A DNA stretch of 64,000 nt from a virus. Location of the stretch: the IMG/VR virus record IMGVR_UViG_3300032050_000036, positions 49,499-113,498 of that record; one strand, written 5' to 3'. Made by a program: the position numbers and the translations under genes. The notes below the pieces were generated by a model. It did no database searches. It worked only from the letters and a program-made list of their open reading frames with translations, and was not told where the DNA came from. This document shows positions 18,898 to 28,187 of this stretch, in pieces (within the stretch, counting starts at the first letter, position 1; each line of letters opens with the position of its first letter).

Positions 18898-19081
18898 TGT
18901 ATTTCTCCTCTTTGTGGTATTGTGCGCTTTCTGCGATAGTGATAAGTCTGTTGTAGGAAACTGTTGGTGCGATTACTGCTAAATACTCGCCTACCTGCTC
19001 AATGTCAAGGCGAAGGTCAGATACGATAGCGGAAATACGCATGGCAACTTTCTCCTCGTCAGTTAGTCTGTGTTTTCTCAT
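18869..19081 (-). CDS. Hypothetical protein
   Basis: AAGGAG RBS before MRKHRL. Confidence 0.7.
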   Translation of the reverse strand: MRKHRLTDEEKVAMRISAIVSDLRLDIEQVGEYLAVIAPTVSYNRLITIAESAQYHKEEKYNEQHQYRLF

Positions 19082-19179
19082 AGTTCTCCTTATAGTCATT
19101 GTATCAAATAAGATGTGGGGGCGCAAGTAGAAGAAAGGTGCTACCTACGCCCCCTTATTACGGAGGGGACCCAACCCTC

Positions 19180-19536
19180 CTAGGATGTGACCGTCGTCAC
19201 AAGACTGTGATAGTTAATAAAATCTTGTATAGTATGTATACCAGTGTCATCAGTTACAGTCTTATTAATTAAATCAATTAGCACGGGATGGTCCATGAAT
19301 CCCAGGTCGTTAGGATTGCAGGCATAAATTCCATACCCCGTCTCGTCCATAATATTATCCTTGATTAGATAACTAACAGCCATACGTACATAGTATGACT
19401 CATCACCTAGGCGTGGTGCTGCATGCTGCAGGGCTGCTGCCAGGTCTGTATACATAGAGTATTCACCCCAATGGCTGTATAAGGCCACTGCCTGGTCTTC
19501 TGACTGCTTAAAAACGAATGTACAACGTGCTCCCAT
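19180..19536 (-). CDS. Hypothetical early protein
   Basis: GAAAGGA RBS; TTGACA-17-TACACT promoter at 19569-19597; LYSHWG. Confidence 0.75.
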   Translation of the reverse strand: MGARCTFVFKQSEDQAVALYSHWGEYSMYTDLAAALQHAAPRLGDESYYVRMAVSYLIKDNIMDETGYGIYACNPNDLGFMDHPVLIDLINKTVTDDTGIHTIQDFINYHSLVTTVTS

Positions 19537-19735
19537 GGTGGGTCCTTTCGATAGTTGGGTTTTCTTCTAGTGTATCAAATTTTAGGTCTAATGTCAATTG
19601 CTCGTACATCATGCCTCCTCAAAAGCAACTACAGATAGATCTGAAAGTACTTCGCTCCAGATCTCTCCCTCTCCAGCCTCTGATTCAACCACAAATTTCA
19701 TATAGGTCCCAGAAGGCTCGTGTATTACTTCAATA

Positions 19736-20032
19736 TTATACTGTGGCATTGTCTTCCCTTTCTGCTATAGCAAATGATAATTGATAAGTTAATTGATAAA
19801 CTGCAGCAAGAGCGTCACATTGTCCCTCCCAGTACTTACGTTCCATAGATTCTAAAGCGTCGCTATAGTCATTGGCTTCCTCTATACGCTGCGCTTCTTC
19901 TAGTTCTAGTTGAGCCTCATACATCCAGTTCTTCATCTCACCATGAATGATATCCAAGGCTGAAATATTTTCATCTACCATATGCTGCAGGTGCTCATCT
20001 AGATTGTAATCTGGATTAAAGTTTGTTTGCAT
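19736..20032 (-). CDS. Hypothetical protein
   Basis: GGAG RBS before MQTNF. Confidence 0.65.
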   Translation of the reverse strand: MQTNFNPDYNLDEHLQHMVDENISALDIIHGEMKNWMYEAQLELEEAQRIEEANDYSDALESMERKYWEGQCDALAAVYQLTYQLSFAIAEREDNATV

Positions 20033-20222
20033 GCTCTTCTCCAATCTGTATAAAATGGCGGGTAGCAATAGCCTGCCCACCCAACCAGTTAAATTCAAAA
20101 TCTAACTCTAGGAACTCTTTAGAATTCATATCTAAATCTTCCATTTGTTTTTCTATCTCTTCTTTGTCTTGCTCAATAGAAATGAGATGTGCTTTCATGT
20201 ATTCAATTAGGTAATTAGACAT
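20016..20222 (-). CDS. Hypothetical protein
   Basis: Coupled ORF. Confidence 0.65.
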   Translation of the reverse strand: MSNYLIEYMKAHLISIEQDKEEIEKQMEDLDMNSKEFLELDFEFNWLGGQAIATRHFIQIGEEHANKL

Positions 20223-20955
20223 CGACTTGGTCCATTCTATAGTTGGGTATATATTCCTCAGTTAAGTATACTTTATGGATGTCGCAATCTGCAACTGCTT
20301 CTAAGTCTGCCTCGCCTAGATAGTGACAAGAATCACAGATTTCTCCACAATCGTTATCACAGTATTCTAATGTATTAATTTCATCACAATCTCTACATTT
20401 GTTTTCATAGTTAGAATCTTGAATGATAACTCCAGCAAGATATTCTGTCTCACCACCCCAACCTGTTTCTTCCTCATAAGACAAGGTAATGTTTAGGTTT
20501 GGATAATCAAAAGATAGTCTTTGTATAGCAGGATGTGGCGGAGACCAAGCGGTATTAAACTTATACTGTAAAGAGGTTTCGTCTTCTTCGTATAACTCAG
20601 TCTCAGGATAATCTTCTCCGTCACGAACTGATACATCCCACTTAGTTCCCCACTCACGAACATTAAAGTCATACCAGCATTTACCCTTAAACTGTAATTG
20701 CTCTGCCATGGGCAGGGTATGGTCAGGTTGCTTCATATAATCTTCATCACTAATACCTGCTTGTATATGATTATAGATATTATGGAAAGCAAATATAGGG
20801 TTAGAGTATGAAGTCTCAGTTAACTCCATTTGTCTTGTTTCCATATTAAACTGGTCATGCATTTTAGTAAATGGTTGGTTAAGTTGTGCCTTAACCTTAG
20901 CAATGTCTTGTTCATTGCCTTCGATAGTTAGATAGTTGTAACACCAATTTGGCAT
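20215..20955 (-). CDS. DUF1281/Api92-like ferredoxin-domain protein
   Basis: MPNWCYN, WGTKWD, FNTAWSPP; TTGACA-17-TAGAAT promoter. Confidence 0.8.
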   Translation of the reverse strand: MPNWCYNYLTIEGNEQDIAKVKAQLNQPFTKMHDQFNMETRQMELTETSYSNPIFAFHNIYNHIQAGISDEDYMKQPDHTLPMAEQLQFKGKCWYDFNVREWGTKWDVSVRDGEDYPETELYEEDETSLQYKFNTAWSPPHPAIQRLSFDYPNLNITLSYEEETGWGGETEYLAGVIIQDSNYENKCRDCDEINTLEYCDNDCGEICDSCHYLGEADLEAVADCDIHKVYLTEEYIPNYRMDQVDV

Positions 20956-21170
20956 TATGGGTCCTTTCTGTGGGTTCTTGTATTATTCTAGCAAATTAGG
21001 TAGGGTATGTCAAACACGTCCCTCTGCCAATAGTCCTAGTAAGAAGTCCTCTAGATCTCTAAGTACTGATACATCTTCCTCTGCAAACTTAGTATCCTTA
21101 ATATGGTGATGGATAGAATAATTTAATATCATAGCCATATTTTCTACCTGCTCTGTTGTATATCCTAGCA

Positions 21171-21401
21171 TTATGCATTCTCCTTTTCCATAAGAATATT
21201 ATAGGCGGCAAGGCTGGTTATGTCAATATTTATTTCTCTACCAGGGTATTTATTAATTAGGAAATTAACTGCATCTCCTGCTGATTTAAAGTCACTATAG
21301 TTTTCTGAATATCCATATCCTTGTATAGTTATTTCCCAGCAATCAATCCCACCAGGTGAGACAGAGTATTCCATTTCATATATTTGTGCATTTAGGGTCA
21401 T
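21171..21401 (-). CDS. Hypothetical protein
   Basis: TTGATT-17-TATGAT promoter immediately upstream. Confidence 0.65.
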   Translation of the reverse strand: MTLNAQIYEMEYSVSPGGIDCWEITIQGYGYSENYSDFKSAGDAVNFLINKYPGREINIDITSLAAYNILMEKENA

Positions 21402-21545
21402 GGTTTAATCATATCAAAATCTAGGGGAAAAATCAAGTTCTACGTAATAAAAAAAATTCATGACATTTTTAGTCGGTTACGTAATAAAAGTTTTTGATGA
21501 TATTTTTAGTCGGCCACTTTTTTGATCTTTTGTCAAATAAAAAAT

Positions 21546-21573
21546 TGAGCAGTTTATACTCATGCTCAGGAGT
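21546..21573 (-). ncRNA. H-type pseudoknot motif copy 2
   Basis: ACTC-CTGAGCAT-GAGT-ATAAAC-TGCTCA. Confidence 0.7.
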
Positions 21574-21582
21574 TGAATTAGA

Positions 21583-22590
21583 TTAAACTAATTCTAAAGT
21601 GTTGCGAACAACATTTAGCAAACGATTTTTTTCTGCTGTGATAGCAGGGTCAAAACCACTTGAACCCATTAGGATTGATTCAGTAAGACCACGCTTACCA
21701 CCACGATACCAATCGATTCTTTCTGTGAGTGCGTTCCAAGCACCCCAAGCAGTATTGGCAATCATGCCATTGAATTCGCCTGTGTAAATATCATTGATTA
21801 AATCAACTTTATTTGTCCACTTAGAAAGTGCGCCTTTCTTAGTTTCATCAGGCTTAGGATACGCAGCCAAAACAATATCATTGAATTGTTGCGCTGTGAT
21901 TTCTTTTTCAATCATGAGTTGCGCCATGATAGAAAATTCGTCCATGTAAGCATTAGCAACAGCAAGAGCCTCACGAGCCTGTTGAACTTTACCCTCAGCA
22001 GATTGTGTGTGACGAATCTTGAATGATTGCTTTACGCCATTGTTTTTCTTAGTGCGACCAAGAGCAACAGCGAGAGTGTTAGCGCATACAACACGAACAG
22101 GTGTCACGCTTGCTTGAATAGCAACAGAACCATCGTGTGATGTATTAACAAGAAGATAAGTCTTAACCTTATCCGCTACACCATTAGGGTCAAGAACAGT
22201 CTCACGCTCAAGAGCAAGAGAACCGAAAACAACACGACCACTACGCAATGAGCCAGCAGTCTCCCAACGACCTCCGCCATCAAGAATTGCATCACCAAAA
22301 GTGAATAGTTCTTCATTTTGTAGTGGGACATAGCGTTCACCAACAACGCCTAAGACATCAACTTGATTTGCGGTGAATGGATTATCACGCACAACATATT
22401 GATAAGATTTATCAGATGTAAGAGTAGATGGGATTTCTACATCTTCAAGACGAACATTCCAACCATCAAGGTTAGCGAGTTCCAACATTTTTTCAGTAGT
22501 GACTTCCTCCTGAAAAACAGTTCCTAAACCATGCCAAGCAGGTTCACGGAATGAAGCGAAAGAATTAGCAGATTCTAATTCATGAGCCAT
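21583..22590 (-). CDS. DUF932 (TIGR03299-like) phage/plasmid protein
   Basis: MAHE..PAWHGLG, ETAGSL, NTSHDGS, PVRVVCANTL; GAAAGGA RBS. Confidence 0.88.
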   Translation of the reverse strand: MAHELESANSFASFREPAWHGLGTVFQEEVTTEKMLELANLDGWNVRLEDVEIPSTLTSDKSYQYVVRDNPFTANQVDVLGVVGERYVPLQNEELFTFGDAILDGGGRWETAGSLRSGRVVFGSLALERETVLDPNGVADKVKTYLLVNTSHDGSVAIQASVTPVRVVCANTLAVALGRTKKNNGVKQSFKIRHTQSAEGKVQQAREALAVANAYMDEFSIMAQLMIEKEITAQQFNDIVLAAYPKPDETKKGALSKWTNKVDLINDIYTGEFNGMIANTAWGAWNALTERIDWYRGGKRGLTESILMGSSGFDPAITAEKNRLLNVVRNTLELV

Positions 22591-22621
22591 ATTTATTTCC
22601 TTTCTATTTTTAGTTATTCTT

Positions 22622-22643
22622 ATCTTAGCACAACGGGCTGACA
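22622..22643 (-). promoter_or_regulatory. PafBC/RecA-NDp-type promoter
   Basis: TGTCAG-cccgttgtgc-TAAGAT. Confidence 0.65.
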
Positions 22644-22733
22644 AAAGCAAATCCTGGAATTTGGGCGTTTTGATCGTAACTACGTAAAACGGACATTTTA
22701 GGACAAAACGGGCCGACCACTTTTTTGAGGAAG

Positions 22734-22763
22734 TGAGCAGTTTACGTGGACGTGCTCAGGTCC
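22734..22763 (-). ncRNA. H-type pseudoknot motif copy 3
   Basis: GGAC-CTGAGCAC-GTCC-ACGTAAAC-TGCTCA. Confidence 0.7.
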
Positions 22764-22843
22764 CTCACGGTCTCTTTGAAAGAAAGGATGAAAGAAGAGA
22801 TCCGTGCACATTGCGTGGCCTTTCATGAACCACGCAAATTTAT

Positions 22844-23254
22844 TTAGATGTCGATGTTGTCGACGCTTGCAGAAACATGTGTTACATGATTCATATCATA
22901 TGTGATTGCTTCAAAATCAATATCATTAATTATTGATTCTGCGTCTTCACCTGCAGGAACTTCAATTGTTAAATAGTAAGTTACGGTAACCTCTGCTTCA
23001 ACTTCCTTGGTAAGTTCGAATGCACCAATCTCAGAAAGTTCAACAGCCTGCTCTTCAGTGATGTTGCCATTCTCTAGATTCTCCATGGTCCATTCATGTA
23101 GACCAGTTGACATTGCATTTAGTGCAGCAGCAGTGCTAAAGTCACGCTGTACAACACGAGCATGAGACTCTTCTACAGTCTTTACTCGCTCCTCTAGTTG
23201 CTTGATTGTATTACGAAGATATTCCTCCGTAGCATTAATTACATTAGTTTCCAT
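22844..23254 (-). CDS. Hypothetical early protein
   Basis: GAAAGGA RBS. Confidence 0.7.
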   Translation of the reverse strand: METNVINATEEYLRNTIKQLEERVKTVEESHARVVQRDFSTAAALNAMSTGLHEWTMENLENGNITEEQAVELSEIGAFELTKEVEAEVTVTYYLTIEVPAGEDAESIINDIDFEAITYDMNHVTHVSASVDNIDI

Positions 23255-23516
23255 CTGTGATATCCTTTCCTAGACTATCAAATTCGTTTATTTCATTAAT
23301 CATAGCATCCATTTCACTTTCTGTCAATAAAACATTAGTGACCAATGTTGCTGTAAGAGATGAGAGTAGCGCAGAATATTTAAATAACATCTGTGCGAAA
23401 TCATTATCTGACATTTCATTTCTTGCGTGTAGTAGTTGTGAAGCAATAGCCATTGACATATCGTCATGGACTGCGTCTTTAGTTGCTTCTTGTATTGCTA
23501 TAGCGGTTGCTATCAT
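23244..23516 (-). CDS. Hypothetical early protein
   Basis: GAAAGGA RBS before MIATA. Confidence 0.7.
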   Translation of the reverse strand: MIATAIAIQEATKDAVHDDMSMAIASQLLHARNEMSDNDFAQMLFKYSALLSSLTATLVTNVLLTESEMDAMINEINEFDSLGKDITDGN

Positions 23517-23542
23517 CTTAGTTTCCTTTCTTTCTAATACTA

Positions 23543-23564
23543 AGTTTAGCATTGGGTTCTGACA
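23543..23564 (-). promoter_or_regulatory. PafBC/RecA-NDp-type promoter
   Basis: TGTCAG-aacccaatgc-TAAACT; TTGACA also upstream. Confidence 0.65.
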
Positions 23565-23581
23565 TTTGTCAAGTTGGAGGT

Positions 23582-23609
23582 GGGGCAGTTTTACATCATA
23601 CCCAGGATG
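23582..23609 (-). ncRNA. H-type pseudoknot motif copy 4
   Basis: CATC-CTGGGTAT-GATG-TAAAAC-TGCCC; compensatory change in stem 2. Confidence 0.7.
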
Positions 23610-23735
23610 ATCCCTCTAGGAATACCCGCAAGGACTTTCGTCACTTCATTTGTTAGCGGGGCTTATCAAGAGAGAAACCTGTTGTGGCGGGGGTAATTAC
23701 GATTACACACCCGAAACCCGCCACAATTATTTAGA

Positions 23736-24158
23736 TTACAAGTATCTTGCGATAGCGTTGTAAGTAGAAGTAGAAACTACTTCCTCATCTGTCATCTTGA
23801 GAATACGAATTGCGTTCTCAATTTCATCTTTTTGCTCACGATACTGCCACTCATGAATAGACACATAGTCTTTCTTGGGTTCATCAGGTAGCGTGATAGT
23901 TCCAGCAGGTAGAGAGAAAGATACTTGGATTTCGTTATTGTATCTCTTATGAGCAGATAAGTCCTCTGCCTTAGCAATTTTATCAAGTGCTAATTTAGCG
24001 ACTTCCTTGTTCCAAGCCTTTACTGCCTTGTCGTGCTTTGCTTCGTTCGCCTCTTGTGAAGCGAAGTCTTTATTTAGTTTATCAAGTGCGCTTTCTAGTG
24101 CCTTGATAACCTTAGTTGTAGCGATTTTTACATTTATCGCTTTGCCATTTCTAGCCAT
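23736..24158 (-). CDS. Hypothetical early protein
   Basis: GAAAGGA RBS; TTGATT-17-TAGACT promoter. Confidence 0.75.
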   Translation of the reverse strand: MARNGKAINVKIATTKVIKALESALDKLNKDFASQEANEAKHDKAVKAWNKEVAKLALDKIAKAEDLSAHKRYNNEIQVSFSLPAGTITLPDEPKKDYVSIHEWQYREQKDEIENAIRILKMTDEEVVSTSTYNAIARYL

Positions 24159-24221
24159 TTATTTATCCTTTCTTAGTGGGTTGTTATTTATAGTCTAGCA
24201 TTTTTACTGCTAGAAATCAAG

Positions 24222-24251
24222 TGAGCAGTTTTAGTAGCCATGCTCAGGGCT
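24222..24251 (-). ncRNA. H-type pseudoknot motif copy 5
   Basis: AGCC-CTGAGCAT-GGCT-ACTAAAAC-TGCTCA. Confidence 0.7.
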
Positions 24252-24267
24252 TTTCCTGTATTAGGAA

Positions 24268-24435
24268 TTACTTTGCTGTCCAAGTTGTCCAGCGAGGTGA
24301 GCCATTGACATCAAGTTTTACACGAACGCTTGTTCCGTCTTGATTTGGCTTGATTTCGGTAATAACGCCTGTCACCTTTGACTTCTGTGAGGTGTAGGTG
24401 TCGCCTACCTTGTAAGTTGCTGTTGCTACTGCCAT
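24268..24435 (-). CDS. Small SH3-like early protein (paralog A1)
   Basis: AAGGAG RBS; TYKVGD..SKVTG.I; TTGACA-17-CATAAT promoter. Confidence 0.7.
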   Translation of the reverse strand: MAVATATYKVGDTYTSQKSKVTGVITEIKPNQDGTSVRVKLDVNGSPRWTTWTAK

Positions 24436-24534
24436 TTCTTTCTCCTTTGTTAGTTGGTTGTTATTACTTGTATTATTATGACATTTTTGAGAGATAATGT
24501 CAAGCCGAAACCTGACATTTCTCACATTTTGAGA

Positions 24535-24702
24535 TTAGTGTGTTTTTACCATAGCAAATCTAGTTTGATTATTTGCCAAGCGAAGCATGACCTTAGTTAC
24601 ATTTTGACGCATTGGAACGAACTTCTCAATACGACCTGTAACACCTGTCTTGCTGGTAGTAAATAAATCTCCTACCTGATAAGTGTATCCGCCTAGTGTC
24701 AT
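24535..24702 (-). CDS. Small SH3-like early protein (paralog A2)
   Basis: GAAAGGA RBS; TYQVGD..TGVTG.I. Confidence 0.7.
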   Translation of the reverse strand: MTLGGYTYQVGDLFTTSKTGVTGRIEKFVPMRQNVTKVMLRLANNQTRFAMVKTH

Positions 24703-24924
24703 TTGCGTTTTTCCTTTCTGTTTGGGTCTTAGTATTAGTTTAGCATAAAAATACAAGAAATACAATTCGGGGAGCGTTTTGGGGGTCTTTTTAATGTGAT
24801 CTTAATTACAGGGTCGTAACTTGACAAATTGGGTTTTGCGGGCCGACCACTTTTGCGGGGGATTTATTGAGAAATAAAAAAGTAAAGTATTAACCATGCT
24901 ATGAATAAATACTCTACACGCATT

Positions 24925-25644
24925 TTATTTTTTACTCGCACTAAATACAATATCTGCTTTATTGTGAACACACAATCCACATGTCACACAAGCAGAGCCA
25001 TTAGTAGAAATAAGCGGTATACGTTTTGCATTTTCAGGACACTTAGCGCCAGGTTTCGAAATTAATTCTTTCATAGTTTCTTGACCTACCGCAAAATTTT
25101 GTGCAAGGTATGCCATACGTACACCGTGTTGTTGTTTTAACTCTACGGCTGTTTTGATATTCTCACTATCTGCAGAGAAATATAAACTAAGGTTATCAAT
25201 ATTCTTTAGCATTTCTGCAGCAATCTTTACACGGGTGTATACCCAAAATTGTACGTCAGGATTATTTAAGATTACGTGTTTCCATGCGAATGCGTATTCC
25301 TTACTAAAGAAATCGCCATCCCAGTGAATGCGAAATAACTTAGGAGCCTCTCGCTTATCACAATCTTTCTTGAAATCATTAATCATATCTTGCAGCAGAT
25401 TTTCCATAGTATCATGGTCTGCGTCTTTTAATAAATTCCAGTTATGGAGTAGAGTTTCTCTTACTCCCTTATAGACTTTTTCAAGTTTTCCTGCGTAGCA
25501 TACCTTAGAGCATACAGAGGTCTCACCAGGACAGGAGTAAGCCTTGCCACTAGGCAATCCAAAAGTGTTGGCAATTGTTGGGGTCTTTCCGTTTCTTGAG
25601 ACAGCATTGGCCACCTTCCTATCATTAGAGCGTTTTAATTTCAT
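24925..25644 (-). CDS. Gene product 88 (GP88)-like Cys-rich protein
   Basis: SCPG...CSKVCYA, FRIHWDGDF, FWVYTR, C..CGLC. Confidence 0.8.
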   Translation of the reverse strand: MKLKRSNDRKVANAVSRNGKTPTIANTFGLPSGKAYSCPGETSVCSKVCYAGKLEKVYKGVRETLLHNWNLLKDADHDTMENLLQDMINDFKKDCDKREAPKLFRIHWDGDFFSKEYAFAWKHVILNNPDVQFWVYTRVKIAAEMLKNIDNLSLYFSADSENIKTAVELKQQHGVRMAYLAQNFAVGQETMKELISKPGAKCPENAKRIPLISTNGSACVTCGLCVHNKADIVFSASKK

Positions 25645-25889
25645 TGCTCATCCCTTTCTTTCATTGATAATTCTATCATTTTTTTATTGCTTTGTCTAGT
25701 ATAAACACGCTTGCTATTTACGGCAGAGGCTGCGTTAGATCTACGCAATTCTTGAATGCGCCTTAATTCTTCTTTACTCTTCCTAAACATAATTTAATAA
25801 TATCATAAACAAACAAAAATCACAAATTTAGGGAGGTTCTACTTAATCTACGTAAAACGGACATTTGGTGCAAATTGGTCGGGCGGTTT

Positions 25890-26117
25890 TTACTCTACAA
25901 AAACATACCATTCAATTTTTGTATCATCAAGAACAAAGTATTCTTCTTCATCATCAAAGTCATCTGCTAAAACTAAATTAAATCCTTCTTTAGTTTCGCT
26001 AATTTCTTTTACAGTTAAATACTGATCTTCAATTTTAATTAGATCACCTTCCGCCAATTGGTTTGGCAGAAGATAATCAGCAAAGACAAGTTCCATACTC
26101 ATCATTGTAGCAGACAT
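25890..26117 (-). CDS. Hypothetical protein
   Basis: Coupled ORF. Confidence 0.6.
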   Translation of the reverse strand: MSATMMSMELVFADYLLPNQLAEGDLIKIEDQYLTVKEISETKEGFNLVLADDFDDEEEYFVLDDTKIEWYVFVE

Positions 26118-26327
26118 TTAGCGAATGCTCACCTCTCCACTACGATAAAAAGTTTTTGTATACATTTTTCCTGTTGGGTCTGATAAGTTATAAGTTGCGT
26201 ATTCTTTAGCATCACCAAAGTCTACGCATTTAGTCCAAGCATCTACCGCTTCAAGCATATCTGATACTCGCAGGGTATTTACCAATTCTCCGTCATACAA
26301 AGTAGTAACTGAGTAAGTGTATTCCAT
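26118..26327 (-). CDS. Hypothetical protein
   Basis: GAGGA RBS before MEYTY. Confidence 0.65.
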   Translation of the reverse strand: MEYTYSVTTLYDGELVNTLRVSDMLEAVDAWTKCVDFGDAKEYATYNLSDPTGKMYTKTFYRSGEVSIR

Positions 26328-26328
26328 T

Positions 26329-26628
26329 TTAGTATTCCTCTCTTTCAATAATCCACGCATCTAGGTGGTGTGCTTCAATAATAGCATGAGCAGGGGCTAA
26401 ATCGCTACCCTTCCAAGATATGCCTTCAGGAAGTTTTATGGGTAAATCCCAAAGTCCAGCATCATTTACCGCATCTATAGCCTCAATACAAGGTCTAATC
26501 ATAGTTTTAGGAACGGGCGGGTAGTGATTAGCAGATAAGTGTATTCCTATCTGAGTTTCAATATCTAAGTGTATTCCCATATCCTCTAATACACCACTAG
26601 CCATTTCGTTAGCCATATTACTTCCCAT
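26329..26628 (-). CDS. Hypothetical protein
   Basis: HL..NHYPPVP, HHLD.W. Confidence 0.7.
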   Translation of the reverse strand: MGSNMANEMASGVLEDMGIHLDIETQIGIHLSANHYPPVPKTMIRPCIEAIDAVNDAGLWDLPIKLPEGISWKGSDLAPAHAIIEAHHLDAWIIEREEY

Positions 26629-26840
26629 TATCGTGCTTCTCCGCTCATTAGTAGTTCAGGCTCACTTATCAAGCCATTATCAAAAATAACATCTCCGTCA
26701 TCATCTAGGATTAGTCCATAAGGATTACAAATACAATCCTCAAAATCGTAGTCCTCGCCATTACCAAAGTAATCAACGCCTCTACCATTACAAAAATCGC
26801 AGTTTCTAATCTGCCTTAGTGCGTATTCCAATTTATCCAT
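26628..26840 (-). CDS. Small Cys protein (paralog C1)
   Basis: CDFCNGRG...CIC; GAAAGGA RBS. Confidence 0.7.
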   Translation of the reverse strand: MDKLEYALRQIRNCDFCNGRGVDYFGNGEDYDFEDCICNPYGLILDDDGDVIFDNGLISEPELLMSGEAR

Positions 26841-26868
26841 TTTTTATTTCCTTTCTTTCAATACTGAA

Positions 26869-26890
26869 ATCCTATCAGATAGGGCTGACA
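26869..26890 (-). promoter_or_regulatory. PafBC/RecA-NDp-type promoter
   Basis: TGTCAG-ccctatctga-TAGGAT. Confidence 0.65.
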
Positions 26891-26932
26891 AAATCAAATC
26901 TGACACGCCCTGTCCGATATGTCCGTTTTGTC

Positions 26933-27430
26933 CTACCATGAGGACTGATAATAGAATGATAGATTTTCAAAGTCAGGTCTATCAATAAGAGGCTGTAATT
27001 GATTAATGGTATCCATTAGGTCTTTCCAATACCATTCGTCAATATCAGTACCGCCAAAGAAAAATCCTTCTCTAGGTGGCAGGATATTAGGGTCTTTATT
27101 GGTAATCGCTAGAGTACAGTCATTTACCAATTGTTTTAGGTGCTTATGCGCTACATAGTACTCACCGCAGTCATCTTCGCCACGCTGTACAGTATTAACA
27201 AACCAATTGTGTATCTGATTACACTTGCGCCAATAGGCTACATTTACAGATACATCTACGCCATAGATACTTTCTTCATCTACAAGCGTATCAACACCAG
27301 CAGCATTTACTACATCATTCCATTGTGGAATGGTAGCCTCTGAATATTTAGTATCGCTATCTCGATCTAATTTACTCCAGTCAATTTTATTAATGTGCTT
27401 ACGAGCACTTAAATACATATCTAATCCCAT
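26933..27430 (-). CDS. Conserved phage hypothetical protein
   Basis: MGLDMYL..YWRK.NQIH.WF..GFFFG..YQSSW. Confidence 0.8.
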   Translation of the reverse strand: MGLDMYLSARKHINKIDWSKLDRDSDTKYSEATIPQWNDVVNAAGVDTLVDEESIYGVDVSVNVAYWRKCNQIHNWFVNTVQRGEDDCGEYYVAHKHLKQLVNDCTLAITNKDPNILPPREGFFFGGTDIDEWYWKDLMDTINQLQPLIDRPDFENLSFYYQSSW

Positions 27431-27448
27431 TTTATTTATTTTCCTTTC

Positions 27449-27649
27449 TTATAGGTCTGATACTTTTACAGCAATAGTAGCCCATTTAGAGCCATTGAAA
27501 CGAATTGAATAGGCTTGATAATCTGTACCTACCCATACATCATCACGCTTTTCAGCAAAGTTTATTTCTCCACCCTGATATTTACGGGCAAAAGAAGTAG
27601 GTCTATAATACTGGCCTACAAGTAAATCTTCAATTGAATAACTTCTCAT
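27449..27649 (-). CDS. Small early protein (paralog B1)
   Basis: YSIEDLLVGQYYR; GAAAGGA RBS. Confidence 0.7.
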   Translation of the reverse strand: MRSYSIEDLLVGQYYRPTSFARKYQGGEINFAEKRDDVWVGTDYQAYSIRFNGSKWATIAVKVSDL

Positions 27650-27768
27650 TGAATTTCCTTTCTTTATTTTCAGGCTTCTAGCCTATCATTTTTATCTTAT
27701 AAAATCAAATCGACACGCCGTAATTTAAGAAAAAATTCGGGTGTGTTTTTAATCACATCTTAACAGCC

Positions 27769-27789
27769 TGTGGATAACTCTGTGGATAA
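27769..27789 (-). promoter_or_regulatory. Tandem DnaA boxes
   Basis: TGTGGATAA at 27769 and 27781. Confidence 0.7.
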
Positions 27790-27792
27790 GTG

Positions 27793-27814
27793 GCCGACGC
27801 TGTCGGGCGTGTCG
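27793..27814. repeat. 22-bp dispersed repeat (second copy 29653-29674)
   Basis: GCCGACGCTGTCGGGCGTGTCG identical at both sites. Confidence 0.9.
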
Positions 27815-27992
27815 GAATTAGTTGAAAGTTGAACTATTGTTTAGCAGCGCAAGCAAAACATTTTAGATCTGCGACAAAAATTCTACCGCAGACCTCGCAT
27901 GTTTTAAATTTAGTTTTCTTTTGTCGCAAGTTTTATCGTGTAATAAATAGAAGCGATAAGAAAAATTTGAACAAGTGTAGTTAGAAATCTAG

Positions 27993-28184
27993 TCATGCGA
28001 TAATTCCTAACTCATCAACACCGCAAGCCTTTTCAAATCTTGCTTTATCGAATAATTCATTTTTGGTTCCAAAATAAGTTGAGAAACCTTCCACCAAATC
28101 CTCATAGACCTGCGGATGAATTTCATCTTTTACATCCGCAAGAATTGAAGCGATAGCCTTGAAGTGTGTTTTAGTTAGCGACAT
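27993..28184 (-). CDS. Small conserved phage protein
   Basis: T..HF..IA.....N..FD..RF..AC. Confidence 0.7.
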   Translation of the reverse strand: MSLTKTHFKAIASILADVKDEIHPQVYEDLVEGFSTYFGTKNELFDKARFEKACGVDELGIIA

Positions 28185-28187
28185 TTT

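Noticed and set aside
23612-23735. Self-cleaving ribozyme in the structured minus-strand tract (GAC-GAAA-GTC)
   Set aside because: No CUGANGA core or twister/pistol consensus could be fitted by eye
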